Origin: Octopus vulgaris
Lineage: Eukaryota
Assembly (NCBI GenBank): GCA_951406725.2
Contig: OX597815.1
Location: 93,248,001 to 93,312,000 of the forward strand
Reading direction: 5' to 3'
Length of the DNA: 64,000 bases
Shown: positions 47,601-62,042 of the stretch, piece after piece
How positions within the stretch are numbered: position 1 is the first letter of the stretch
Layout of the letters: the number at the start of each line of letters is the position of its first letter
Program-made: the position numbers and the translations under genes
Notes under the pieces: generated by a model
The model's database searches: none
Seen by the model: only the letters and a program-made list of their open reading frames with translations
What the model was told of the DNA's origin: nothing

Positions 47601-50600
47601 CTAATTAGTAATGGCGGCAGTGTAATAGTAAAAAGAGTAAAAAAAGAAGAAGTGGACACTGCTCAAGAAAATGGCTGTTAGTTTCTGTGCTTATGTAGAA
47701 GACAGGTTGTATGAAGTACCTGTAAGGAATATGGTGTTGCATGGAAGTGTTAGTATTGGATATTGAATGTGGAAGATAGATGAATACTGGAAAGAAAGCA
47801 GTTACGTATGCTGGATATGTAATGGTAACTTGCATGAGGAATGTGTTTAAAAGATACCAGCTAATATATATAGAAAATATAACTGTTCTGGACTGGACAT
47901 GTGAGGGGTATAATAAATGATAGATGTTCTGTGAAAAAGTGACGTGTAGTGAGAAGGGAGGTTACCCAAGAAAGTGAAAAATATAGGAAGAAATGGTGAG
48001 ATCAGATTTCAGAATGAGAAAAGACCAAGACAGATGGTTGTATGGCAGATATATCAGCAAAGATAAACAGCCATTATCATGATGATGATGATGGTGGTTA
48101 TAACAAACAAAATGAGCTTCTAGCTAAAGAGTAAATAACTAGGGGGCGGGGATAAACCAAGACCAAGATTACAGATTCTAGTGTTGACCAGTTTTGATAA
48201 AAAATCTAAATGAAAATTTTGAATAAATTATACTCTACAACAGACAATCTACTTAATCCTCCTATAGTATTTATGTATGCATAAACATACACTCAACAAC
48301 TACTTGTATTTCTGTCTATTATTACAGTATGCATAAATGGTCAGGCGGCCTAATGAATGAAGTGAGAAAGAGGAGAGGAAAAAGCAATGACGATGAAGAA
48401 GCAGAAAGTGTAAAGTGTGAAATGATAAATCAAATTACCACCAACAAGGAACATTATTCAAATACTTAACTGCAGAGATAATTCACTAGTCTGAGATATA
48501 TAGGAAGGGTCTAAATACAATTCTTAGAATTTATGTATCCATAACTTGATACTGTATGTGTTTCTTTAACATTACAGCCAGCCAAGTTGAGTCACAGAAC
48601 TAGTTTAACTAACACCACTTGGTTGTATAGAAACACTACTGTTAGTCTACAGACACAGGTAACTGGTGATGGTGGTGTTGGAAGGAGTGTTAACTAATGT
48701 TTTATAAAGCTGTTGTTTATCATTTAACTATGATTTATATTCTCAACTTAAGAGCAATACAGTTTATATACCTCAACCAAAATAACGCACGTGTGTGTGT
48801 GTGTAAAGAGTATGTGCGTAAAAAAGTGAATGTGCATGTTTATATACAGATATAAGTCCACTTTTCATTACTCATTGGTTGAACATCTAGTGCTAAAATT
48901 ATTTCCAATTGTAATTCAATCCCAAGAATAATGTTATTTTCAATTACTTTGTTTCTTTTCCCTGGAATTAAAAGAACTGCAGCATGTAAGTCATGTCAGC
49001 TCAAAGTTTATATATATATATATTGGAACTCAAAATTTGTGCTTGTTTCTCAAATACATTATAAACCTCAGAGGAAATGTAAGGATCAGCTGGAACAGCA
49101 TGAGATGGATATACACCTGTAAAGAGTAAGCAAGTCACAGCAGCCGTGCATCACACATTAAGAACTGTTAATAATATATATCACTCTTAACACTACTCAT
49201 GACTGTCCACACAAAGCATACACAGAGCACTGCAGTATGATAGCTAATGAAGTAGTAAATTGAAGCAGGAAGGCAAGCAGAAAATCAAAGTTGATGTGCG
49301 CAAAGCACACCTACAACAGTGCCATTGGCCCATGTTTCCATTGATTCAATAATGGGTATGATCATTTTTTTTGTTATTGAACTACAAGTGACAGCTAAGA
49401 CATCCATAATAAAAAGAAGATAAAGTCCAACACCTATTATTCTATCCTTATGAAAACTAAAGTGAATTTTAACAACTTTAAAATCTAAAATCATGAACCA
49501 TGTATACGCAGTGTTTTTTACATAGAAATCATGTTGATCTTTTTTTGCCCCTATTCTATTCACACTTCTGTTGCTTACAACCTACCAATTATGATTTTTT
49601 CTTCCTCCTCCAAGTATTTATTTACATATTTTTCATTGCTCTTAATCTTCTTGCCAATACATAACCATGTCATTCTTTTCTTCCACACCTTATTTTTCAT
49701 TACTTTCAACATTCTAGCTAACAACTGTCTGCCTCCTTCTCCCATATTCTTTGTACCAGTTCATCTGATTTTGTTTTTCATTGCTCTCAAAGTTTTCAGC
49801 CTGGGTTTTGTTTCTAACTTTAACTATACAGTACTTTCACCTGCATCATACAGTTCCCACTTTTTTATGTTATTTCCCCACACCTTTCATTTTCTCATTC
49901 CTATTCTTGCATCCAAAGTTAGAAGGTCAGTATTGATACAGAAGATGGCTACTTTTCACAGATTTTACTGTTTTACAATTTGAAGAAAATATCTTGCTTG
50001 TCTCTCCCACCATTAGTTTTATAGAGCATTACCTTTATTCAAGATGACTGAAAAGAGGCCATGAAATAGAATGAAAGCAGAGGTGCCAAAAGGAGTCACA
50101 AATGAATTATGTTGGACATTAAGCTTGATGTTTTACAAACGTTCTATGTGGGAGAACAACTCAGTCAGATTGTAAAACGTTAACGTTTGCAATTTGCACA
50201 CACCCTTTCAGTTGTCTATAGCACTTACAGAGGAAAGTTTGGAAACACTTGCTAATAATCATCCTTATTGTGAATGCAACATCAAAATGACAAAAGGAAA
50301 TCATGAGCTCGGTTCCTACACTCTGTTATACAAAGTGATGGGGCACTGAAATCATCAAACAATTCAGGACATTTCTTCATCTCCAAAGCAGATGCTTATA
50401 ATGCTGATCTATAAAGCAGAAGATAGTATCTCTTTTCCTCCCAGTAACTCCTATTGCACCACCTCTCAACAAACAGCAGTTAACATTCTTTACTATTGCA
50501 TTCTTATTTATTCCCTAATGCAGTTCTCTTCCAAATTTTCTATGTATACATACTCTACTGTGTATTATTTCTGTGCATACAAGTGGTTGGATTACTTGCT

Positions 50601-51653
50601 TTTTTATCTATTTATTTATTTTTAAAAAATTTCCTTGGAATGCATCCCACTTTATAATATGGAAATCATTGGGAAAACAAGTTTTGAATTATGGAATTCT
50701 ACTCTATGGCAAGATTTTTGGGAACATGAATATTCGTAAATGCACTGGTTGAAATATTCTTAAGTGAGACATCAACTGAATTATGTGGTGAAAATATTTC
50801 ACTTTTTAATCTATGACTATTATAGCATAATTCATTTTCTTGTTTTTAATATCACATGTCAGTTATTTTTAGAGATTTAATATCTTAAAAGTTTGTTTCT
50901 TTTATAAACAAACTGTCTCTATAGTTTTGCTTATTTTTACTAATACTGTCCTTATCACATGTTTAAAATCAGTGTGAAGCATAAATTTCTATTGATTGTA
51001 ACTTTTCCTCACTCTAATACGTTTTCCATCATGGAGAAATTATTTCAATATACAATGCAGTGAAAATATTGCTTACAGAGAAACATCACAATCAGAGTTT
51101 TAGTATTTTGCTTCATTGCTGCTGGTGTTGTCATATCTAGCACAGGTCAGCCCTGATCAATCAGATCCATGATCAAAATGTGCTCTAGCTGCAGCCAGCC
51201 CATCTTTTTGAATATCAGAGATGCCATTTAGTATATCTATCTTTATTTTAGGCAATAGGATATGATTTAAGGGAAAACTGGTTAAAATTTCACAAACTGG
51301 TTCTTTTGCCAGCTAGTGAGAAAGTCTATTTGTAAGAAACAGGAAAAACGTTTTATAATTATTGGCTTAATGTCTTTCAATTATGAACCCAGACAACACT
51401 AGGCACTAACAGCTAGTTTACTATATGAAACATGGCCTTACGGGTAGGAAAATATACACTTCTTATCAGATAGCAGAGTGGGAAATACAAGAGGATTTGT
51501 AGTGCTTGTAGAGTACAGCAGGTACTAGAACATCTAGTATTATACAATACACTCTATAAACTAAAAAATTGTAGTGTGTGCATGTGACAGTGAAAAATAG
51601 TTTTCACAAACTTATGAGAGTAGCACAAATATTACATAATGTCAGCATTCTGA

Positions 51654-51993
51654 CATTGTTTGCAGGTACACTGCAAAACCTCACACTTAGAGCACACAAC
51701 TGGTATGAGTACTAAAAGAGAATCACTAGGACTTAGGAGCATTCTGTAAATATACTGAATGAACAAAACACAGTGACACTCTTGTCTCAATACAATAGGA
51801 GTGACTAGAATGGTGAATAAGGGCATTGTTTGCAGGTACACTGCAAAACCTCACACTTAGAGCACACAACTGGTATGAGTACTAAAAGAGAATCACTAGG
51901 ACTTAGGAGCATTCTGTAAATATACTGAATGAACAAAACACAGTGACACTCTTGTCTCAATACAATAGGAGTGACTAGAATGGTGAATAAGGG
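51654..51993. repeat. Perfect 170-bp head-to-tail tandem duplication
   Basis: 51654-51823 is identical to 51824-51993 by eye. Confidence 0.93.
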
Positions 51994-53784
51994 CTGCCAG
52001 CATACATCTCTCAGTAATGTCTCTGTGTAACAGATATAGCCAGACTGGTGACTGAGAGATAGTATCATAAACCACTCAATACTCCTGTTGTAACACACAA
52101 AAGCACAGATACAAGCAGCTGACGGTTAACAAACAGGATGAGTTCAAAAAAAGTTGAAGGTTGAGACATTAAGATACAGAAGCGAACAAGATGCTGAAGG
52201 TTGATTAACAGAGATAAGGTAACTAGAAGTATTTACCATTTAATTTACCGTATTAAAAATCATCTATTTATGAATAAAAGCAGACTTCATAACATATTTG
52301 GAGAGAAGTATTTATAATATAATACAGCAGATTGTATCAAATAAATATATATCATTAATCAAATAACCAGCAAGTAATACTGCTTGGTAACAGTGACTCT
52401 TTATATTCTACACAGACATATAAAGACAGAAACAGTTAGAATCAATATTTGAAAATGATGATAAAATTGATAAATTTATCAGCTCAATAGAGATAAGACA
52501 GAACAAATATAATGTTAGGAATGAATTCACTGCTGAGACTTTCAATGTAGAATAGTATTAGATAATTATAAACACCAATTTCAGAAAGAAAAGAGCAACA
52601 AATTTATTCTGGAGAATGGATAAGATGGGCAGAAAGATTTGAATGCATAATGGTAGCTGCTAAGAGCTGAAATCTCCATTAATGATGGTTGTTGGTTACT
52701 GAAGTGGGTATGTTGCTTTTTGACCAAAGTTTATAGTGTCTAATATTTTAAATGTAAACTAGATATCAGAAACAAAGTTCTGTTGTACTGATGATCAGCA
52801 ATTACACTGGTAGAGGGATATATCAATACTGAAATGTTAGTTTCTATGGAAACAGAGTTAGCAATGCAGTTAGCTGAGATGCTTTTTGAAGGCCTACTCT
52901 TTGGAAAATTGAATTATGTCTCAGAAACATACTCAATCAGTCTAAATACTGCTAGCATGTGAAATTATGTCATGATGCTATACAAAGGACAAATCTGGCT
53001 CACTCTGCTGGGAAGGGTAGGTATATTCTAGTCTGGTGGCCATGATGAAAGGTATTGTATAGGAAACCAGATTGAAAAGACTGGAAACACAGTTTCCTCT
53101 TCAGCCAAGCCATCATTAACTTCCACTAGAAGAAAAGTGGGGGTGCTGAGGTCAATATTACCCTTCAGTGAATTTGCTGAAAGATAGGTGAGAAGAACCA
53201 TCTGTATGAATGAACCAACTCTCAGCATGCATCTGTAAGCTAGAAAACATAGCTAGAAGAGGGTATTTTCCTCAATCAGATAATCCTGGATATGTGATGG
53301 GTTCCTCAGTTGTCTCCAGCTGGTTTTAACTTCTTGGAAGGTTTCATTTCATTTCTATACATCTGTTTCCTGTGGCTTTTCCCAAACCTGTAGTCAATTC
53401 TGTGAAAACACCTACCATTTATGTAATCTGACCTAATGTTTCATCATCTGCCACACTTATGGTACAAAGATGGCTTGAGTGAGTGGACCAGCTCTGAGCT
53501 TGCTCCTGTAGTTGGAGAGAATGGATACAAGAGTTGTGTATCCCTGTTGTGCCCTTGGTGGTCAGGATGGTCCAGCATTAGTGGGGTTCTTTGGTTCCCC
53601 CTGAGTGATACTTCCTCCATCAGGGAATTTTGCTAACAATTTTCTTGCATTGTTTTACTTATGTATGTGTATATATATATATATATATCCATATCCACAG
53701 TCCTTTGTCTATGTATTGTTACAAATATTTTTTCTGAGCCCTTGTGACCAATAAGGAATGTATTATAATTGTTATTATTATTTA

Positions 53785-54130
53785 AGGTAATGAGCTTTGG
53801 GAGTTGGTGAAAAAAGTACCAGTCAAGTACTGGGGTTGATGTAATTGACTAGCCCCACTCCCCTAAAATTTCAGGGCTTGTTCCTGTAATAGAAAGGATT
53901 GCTGCTACTGCTACTACTGAGGTCAATAAATTGGCAGAAACATTAGAGCACTGGCAAAATATCTTGCAGCATTTGTTCTGGTTCAATATGTTCTAGCTTC
54001 AAATCCTGTTGTGGTCAGCTTTACTTTTCATCTTTCTGAGGTTGATAAAAGGAAGCACAAGTCAAATACTTGGGTCAGAATAAACAGTATCCCTCCCACA
54101 GATTTTCAGGCCCTGTGCCTGTTAGAAACT
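53785..54130 (+). mobile_element. Two adjacent decayed SINE copies (22239 family)
   Basis: aagtaccagtcaagtactggggttgatgtaattgact and tcagctttacttttcatctttctgaggttgataaaa cores. Confidence 0.65.
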
Positions 54131-55984
54131 ACTACTACAAAAGACATATCTTAAACAGTATCAATGATTTATTATTTTTTTTACTGGGTTAATGAAGATA
54201 ATAATAATTATTAGAAGGAAGACAGTGTAAGGATGAGCAGAGATATATTAGTAGATGTAAAGAAGACAATGTGAGAATGAGTAGAGCACATATGATGGCA
54301 GGAAGATTGTGACAGTGAACTGGGACATAGATTGAGACAGTTGGAGAGTGAGTTACATACAGATAGAAAAGTGAGTGAGGATGATTGGAGAGAGTCTGAG
54401 AATGAATAGAGAGAAATTAATTATACAAATGAAATATCACAAAGTGGCAATATATGGAAAAATGAATATTAACCAATGATAATTATGATGTAAGGAGGAT
54501 GAGGTGGAAGAGGAGAGGAGGTAAAGCATTTTAGTAAAAGTACCCACAGACAATGTTGAAAAACACAAAAACCTAAGTAATACCATGCTGCTTAATCAAT
54601 CATCATGTTTGAGTGCTGAACAAAAATGGAAACCAATAATAAATGAAGCAACAGCAGCTACAGAAGATGTCTAAATTTGCAGAATTATTCAACCAATGAT
54701 AGCAAAGAAAACAAAATTTGAGACTTTTCTTTTTTGCTCAACTAAAAGCCTAATTCTTATGTAAACTAAGATGAAATGACTATACTGTAACTATCATGGT
54801 TGGTTTCACTGATAAAGATACTTTATATTTGTATCCACAACACCACAATTATCATCATCATCAGCAGCAGGAGCAACAGTAGTGATAGGATAATAAACCA
54901 AATTCCACCCCTAGCCCCCCACCCCCACTGTCTCCTTAATCATTTCCTTCCCTCAGTTAAAGCTTTTAGATGTTAAGTTTTACTTCATCACATTCCACAC
55001 CAAATCTCAACCCATTTATCTTTGAAATTTACTTTCCCTGTTCCATTCAGACAATAATATCTTCCTTTTTCTGCAGTCATCAACAACTGATACATTTTAA
55101 TTTCCACTTACACTTCCAAACTTCTCTAAGTTTAGATCAGTATCCCCATACCCATTGCTTATTCTTCTCTGCTGTTTGTTTTCAGGGACCAGCCAGTACA
55201 AATGTCAGGTCACTATGTTCTCCACCGTCAACATGTATACACAGTTTCCTAGACCAATCATAACATACCTATTCTTACAAGCATATCTGCTGCTTTCAGC
55301 TAACTTCTCATCTGCACACATTAACTTGTATCATCACTGGCCATTTAAATTAAGGATGTAACATTAATGTCTATGTATAAATATTACATAGGCACATACA
55401 TCATGATAATAATACTTGTGTATATGCATGTCAGTATAGTTATCGGTGTTTATACATAGATACTCATACTACACACACCTCGTATTCCAGGTAAGCGTTT
55501 TCCTCCTGGCATGACTACACACACGCACACACACACATACACAAAAACATAAGCACACACACACATACACAAAAACATAAGCACACATACACTATCATTA
55601 ATCTCATCAGCAAGCAAACCCACTAATTAGGGGGTAAAGTTATTTTAAGTCTGTAGTTCACATCTTCTATCAGTTCAGAATAGTAATTTCACCAATTTTG
55701 TGTTCCTTAAAGACTGACTAATGCAAAAAATACCTTCGTTGAGTAAAGACAATAATTCCAACTGTTTGGCCTGTCTTGGTAAATATCTACAGAGAAATGG
55801 AGAGGACCACCACCATTACATTGGAATTATTTTCATGGCAGTTTGTTACTACTTTGAAAATAAATAGGTTGCTATTAGAAAACTGTTGAATGGAAAGAAA
55901 GGCACAGAAATCTGGTACAAAGAAAAGCAAGAACAGCATGAAATATCATATATGTGAGTGTGTATGTGTGTGTGTTTAGGGAGG

Positions 55985-56030
<46 letters not shown>
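55985..56030. repeat. (AG)n microsatellite
   Basis: GA run. Confidence 0.95.
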
Positions 56031-56034
<4 letters not shown>

Positions 56035-58754
56035 GTGCATGAGTACACCTTAAAGAATCTGAGAAGCTATCTTCGATGCATGCAGCGAAAACTATTTATT
56101 AAAATTAACCACTGAGTGATCCCTTATAAGGTTGCTAATAATGGTAAAAATAGTAATCAAATCTTTCTCAAATCACACTATACTGTCTTAAAAAAGAAAA
56201 GTACACATTGGATAAGATGACCCAGTGTATACTCTGCCAAGGAAAAGGATGCATTTGATCACAGGATCTGTTTGATCAAGGACTGACTAAAAGCTAGGCA
56301 ACTGTTTACTGAAGGTAATGCAGGCCCAATTTTTGAGATAAGATCACATGAATTCACACCAATTTTAGTACAAGTACTATACTACTGTCATCCCCCACTA
56401 TCTCCTGAAGTAAAAGACAAAGTATATCATAAATGTAGGACAATGATCTAATTAGAGTTGAGGACCTAGTCTGGTGTTTTAATGTTTTAGCTTTTGGATC
56501 ATAAAAAGTTGAGAAGTTAGAGGCTAGTAGTTTAGAGGTAAGAGTTTGTGAAGAGTATAGTGTTAAAAAGCAGTTGTGCTCAAGCTCAAGCACAAAGCTA
56601 AGGACAAGCTGCATTTTCTTTTGGAATACAATATTACTATGAATTTTAAATCGTTACCTGTTGGTGCAAGAAAATATATAAGAATTACAAAATATGCAAA
56701 TTTTGAGGAGCAACAACAAAGTGGTTTATCATCGATGATCTCATTGAATTTCTACAATTCATCTGTCAGTGTAGGAACTCAATATGTAAGCATTGGATAT
56801 AGTGACAGGTGGTTGTGGATATTTAGAAATTGCCAATGAAGTACCAACAGAGGAAGTGAAACTTTTCAGAAAGAGTTAGATGACTATATTTCCTGACTGT
56901 ATAACACAGATGAAACATGCATTGTATTGATGGTCACTAACTTGGAATAATACAACTTTGAATAATGAAACCTCTGCACCAAGTCTTAAATTAAGATATA
57001 TTTTTTGTTGTTGCATTGTGTGGAAACAGATAGTATGCACCATTTAAAGTGAGCAGAAATGAGAAGGTCAGTACATCTGCAAGTTTTGAAAACCATAATG
57101 CGCCAGCTACCAGTCTATTGCTACCATTCCAAGAAATCTTTAATAACTGATACCTCTCACTTCTTCATTCTTGCAGTGCATAAATACATGAAAGATGTCC
57201 TCTAACTGTCTGCTGTGGAAGTGATGGCATCGTTAATTTAGGACAACATACCGGCTTGCACAGGTAGAGACCAACTTGCCAATAATGAAGGTAAAATAAG
57301 GTCTACGTTCTTTCATAGAACATTATCACTATGACCCAGCCAATAACTCAAAAGTATAACTGTAGCCTGCAACTTCTCTAGTACTGGTGCCATGATAAAA
57401 TGTATCCAGTACATTCTTTAAAATGATTAGTATAAAAAAGAACATCCAACTGTAGAAAGCATGTTGATGTATGAGCAAGATGTGGTCAACAGATACTTCA
57501 AGGGGAGCAAAAACACCAAATAAGAATGGGCTGAAGACAATTCATTAAACCCATGCCAATAGAGAAAGTAGATATAAAACAATGATGATAAAGATGATGA
57601 ATATAAAGATGAAGTTATCATTCAGATAGATTATAATATTAGGGAAGGCACATGAGCACAAAAAACTATCAGTTACTTCAAGAATTACAATCTTATGTCT
57701 GTAATATTGAATTTAACAGTTCCATGAAAAGCACTTTAAATTACAACTTTTGCCAACACTCGGTGGATGTGTGGGTGTTTAGTTCTGCACAATACAGACG
57801 ACAAGTGAAACAGACGTCAAAGAAAACAATCTTAGAACCAGGCTAGAGAACATAAAGGGTGACCCTGGATATCAAGCTTAAATGAAGAAAGAGCAGATGA
57901 AGAGATAGAGGTGACATTGGAAGAGATAATAAGGATAATGAAGATGAGACACCCAAACACTTTGTTGTACAAGAATCCCTAAAATAAGTAATTTTGTACA
58001 TTGATTTGATCATAGAAACTGGTGTTCAGCAATAGCATCACCATCTTAGAGCCTTCAGTGAACTTATTAACTAACTGGAAGCAACTTCAGTAAGGTATAC
58101 AAATGAAACTCAACTCATTCATCAAGTCACTATGTCCCAACCCAGTTGCAGATGTTCAGCCAACTAACAGCAGTGACAACCCACCTGCTTTTGACTCACT
58201 CCCTCCTCAGTCAGCTTTACTGTCTACCAATGGGATGTAAAGAACAGTGCAGTGTCATAGCACTATTCACTCAGATCAGCAGCACAGTAGCCACCACCAC
58301 ATCAAACTCAAAACAGATAACTGAAATTAACACTAAATGATAGTTTTTTTTTTTTTTATATATATGTTTACATACTATAATGTTACATATATTTTACATT
58401 GTATATGACTTAACAGTATTTTCTGAAAATTGGTGACTGTATTATGTTTAGCACACAGAGTATATATTTCAAATAGCTCTCTCTCTCACAACACACACAC
58501 GCATTATCCTTTACCATCTTTAACTTGAAAAATCAGCTAAAACTGGTACCCTTTCTCATATTGCTACATTTTAATGAGATTGTTCTGTCTGTCTTTCACT
58601 CTACATCTATCTATCTATCTATCAATGTGTGTGTGTGCATGCACACACATACATGTACTTATGTAGAGACAGGGCACCCTCATTAAAACCAAGTAGAGGT
58701 TTAAAAAGCCTGAAATAGCAATGGTTTGAAGTTTCAAGACCAGACCACTGGAAA

Positions 58755-58756
<2 letters not shown>

Positions 58757-58805
<49 letters not shown>
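58757..58805. repeat. (AG)n microsatellite
   Basis: GA run. Confidence 0.95.
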
Positions 58806-58811
<6 letters not shown>

Positions 58812-59928
58812 GGAAGTTGAAAAACTGTTTACTTCGTTACATAACCAACATTACACTAAGGACTAGAAAACTGAAGAGCATGTCAAATAATTTCCAGCAG
58901 TGATCTCTGAAGTAATATATTTTATTCTATAGCCTCTTTACAGTAATAGATGACTCATTAAAAGACATTTCATGTAACCTCTCATACTAAACTCCACATG
59001 TCTTATGTAAAATGTTTGCCAAGTAGGTATGTGTGACTGCTAGAGTTTAGGATAGCTTTCATTTACAATATGTGTGTTATCTTTCTATCTATATAATGAT
59101 GATAATAATAATTATAATTTCTTAAATAATCAGAAGATGGATTTAGTATCAATCTTTGTTTTGTACAATGGTCATTTCAACCCATGCCGTTGTCCCTTAC
59201 GGGTGGGACTTTGTGGTGTGTGTGTGTATGCATACACCTGAGTGCCTGTGTGTACACATGTGCGTGTGTGTATATATAAATGTATGTATGTAGGTCCGTA
59301 CGTGTATATGTTTGTGTAGATATATACATATGGATATGTATATGTGTTTATGCATGTGTGAGTGTATGTATGCATGTGTGAATGCACATATAGGCATTCA
59401 CCCTTGGTGATATAGATGTGGAACGAGTCAGACTGTCTGCAAGCAGCCCTAGTCTTGAGGTGACTGTGATGACAGACTTCTGATGAGGATGTCTTCCAAC
59501 CATAAATTATACAAACTGCAGTCGTGGCCAAAATTGACCATATGGGTGGGTGGGCCAACGTCCCTTGAATGAATGTATGTACAAGCAGGTGTGTGTGCCA
59601 ATGTGTGTATATGCATCCTGACCTAACCTAGCTAGCTAAACAACTGATCACCCACTAGGCATTGTAGCCTGCACATATAGCTTCCCCTTCCTTTTTATAG
59701 TACCATCCCTTTTGTCTAAACCCAATGTAACTCAATCTATCCTTGTCCATTCATTCACTTCCCCTAAAAAAATTTTTTTTTTAATCAACAGTTATTTGTC
59801 TTTGCAATTCTTATTATAGAAAGATAGTAATTCAGAATTGTAGCAATGTTTCATTCCCTAACCAGAGGGGCATGTAACATGACAGCCAAAACTCAGGATC
59901 TTTAGCAAGACTCAACTTTATGTAGGGA

Positions 59929-60034
59929 TGTACCTGATGAGACCCAGACTGCAAAATGGATGCAACACAACATGTTGAACAGGGTCCTACCCATAAGGGA
60001 CAGTAGCAGGATGGGGCGAAACAAGCGTTGTACA
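59929..60034 (+). ncRNA. Type-I hammerhead ribozyme with intact core and extended stem II
   Basis: TGTAC-CTGATGA-GACCC-[67 nt]-GGGGC-GAAA-C-aagc-G-TT-GTACA, then AATAAA at 60036-60041. Confidence 0.75.
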
Positions 60035-60075
60035 AAATAAAGATTAATACCAAATCCATCTTCTGATTATTTATA

Positions 60076-61150
60076 TGAGCAAGAGGCCCTTTGTTACCAG
60101 CAGAGGTAGGAGCTCTCTGAATGGCCTGGGCAAAGTTCAGAGAGATCCTACCTCTGCTGGTAACAAATGGCCTCTCACTCAGAGTGAATGAGTGAAAGGT
60201 AGATTGTATGATGCATGTATACAAACAGCCATGCTACATGGAAGTGAAACTGCTATGGACATGTGTAGGCTTGAAAGAAATGAAGCTAGTATGCTCCACT
60301 GGATGTGTAATATCAGTGTGCACACATGACAGTATGAGCACCCTGAGAGAAAAGTTGAACATAAGAAGCAACAGATGCAGTGTGCAAGAGATGACTGCAC
60401 AGGTACAGTCATGTGTTACACATGAATGAAGACAGCTGTGTTAAGAAGTGTTACACCCTAACAGTGGAGGGAACCTGTGGAAGAAGTAGACTCAGGAAGA
60501 CCGGGGATGAGGTGGTGAAGCACAACCTTCGAACATTGGGCCTCACAGGGGCAATGACAAGTGACTGAGACCTTTCAAGATATGCTGTGCTTGAGAAGAC
60601 CCAGCAAGTCAAGTGAGATTGTAGCTGTGGCCTATGCCAATGTCGCATAACCGACCCATTTAAAAGTACCCTTCAATTGCCAGACAATATGCTGTGCTTG
60701 AGAAGACCTGTTGAGTCAAGTGAAACCATTGTTGTGGCTGATGCCAGTACTGCTTGACTGGCACCTGTGCTAGTGGTACATAAAAAGCACCATTTGAACA
60801 GGGTCGATGCCAGTGCTGCCGGACTGGCTCCCATGCTGGTGGCACGTAAAAAGTACAATGAGCATGGTCAATGCCAGTGCTACCTGACTGGCTCCCATGC
60901 CGGTGGCACTTAAAAGGTACCATTTGTGCATGGTAAATGCCAGTGCCACCTGACTGGGCCCAGTGCTGGTGGCATGTGATAAGCACCCACTACACTCTTG
61001 GAGTGGTTGGCGTTAGAAAGGACATTCAGCTGTAGAAATCTTGCCAGATCAGATTGGAGCCTGGTGCAGCCTCCTGACTTGCCAGTCCTCAGTCAAACCA
61101 TCCAACCCATGCCAGCATGGAAAGCGGACACTAAACGACGATGATGATGA
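60076..61150 (+). mobile_element. 5'-truncated RTE-like LINE with 5' fold-back and repeated 3' tail
   Basis: AWAKFREILPLLVTNGLSLRV...GTCGRSRLRKT remnant, ~60 bp hairpin repeats 60740-60990, tail ending (GAT)n. Confidence 0.88.
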
Positions 61151-61898
61151 TATATAGAGAGTAAAAGAAATCTATACATTTGTTACACATATATATTGGA
61201 CATAAAAAAAAACACCTCTGAAATTACTAAAGCACCTAGCATTATCCATGTAAATCTTTTGACATACACACACACTAAATGGAAATTTGTTGGTTTCAAT
61301 GGCATGTATTCAGTTGTTTAATCAACAGATGAAACTGTCTATTCATATTAGTGCCTAAGTGATTTACTGTTCGACAGTACCTTTAGTCAGCCATATAGAG
61401 CATGACACAGTATGACATGACAAAACATTTGAAGTACAGAAGCAAACACTCTGACAGTTTTCTGGTGTTTCTGTCCAGTTAATTTCATTCATAAGTTGGG
61501 TCACCCTGAAACTATGACAAATGATACTTGCTCAAGCTACCATACAGTGGTATTGAACCTGGGATCTTGTGATTATGAAGCAAACTTCTTAACCAGTAAC
61601 CAGCTATCCACACATACACTATAAGTGTTCCAATTTCACAGATGGCACAGAAGTCAACAGACTGATAGTCACTAACAAAGTTCATATACAAGAATCATTT
61701 CATTGATCTTGCAGTGGATAATTTTGTAAGTTTATTTGATGTGTTCTTAAAAAAATTAACCTGATATTGCAAACTTTTATGGGTTTACCTTTCATATAAA
61801 ATTAATTGAAGAATGTTGGGAAAATTGGTGCAAATTCAGGGAAATATGGTGCAAAAATTCTAATGAGGTGAGAACAGTCTATGTTCATAGTTTAATAT

Positions 61899-62042
61899 CA
61901 GTTATGGGCAAACTGCAGCCTACACAACATTTTGGATGGCATGCCAATAAAAATTACTTTGAATTCTTTTCATAGTGTATCACACTTAATGAGGTGTGAT
62001 GTTTCAAGCAACTCACTTCTCAAAGAAGGTTGCCCATGCTTG
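61899..62042. mobile_element. hAT-type MITE
   Basis: Imperfect TIRs cagttatgggcaaact / aggttgcccatgcttg; similar flanks gtttaatat / gtttacat. Confidence 0.55.

Noticed and set aside
49531-49983. 150-aa hydrophobic ORF resembling a membrane protein
   Set aside because: T-rich composition artefact (F/L/I/S bias) with no conserved motif
55485-55500. Strong plus-strand donor-like CAG|GTAAGC
   Set aside because: Isolated motif with no supporting exon or acceptor
59478-59510. CTGATGAG hammerhead-like half motif
   Set aside because: No downstream GAAA/UH or closing stems
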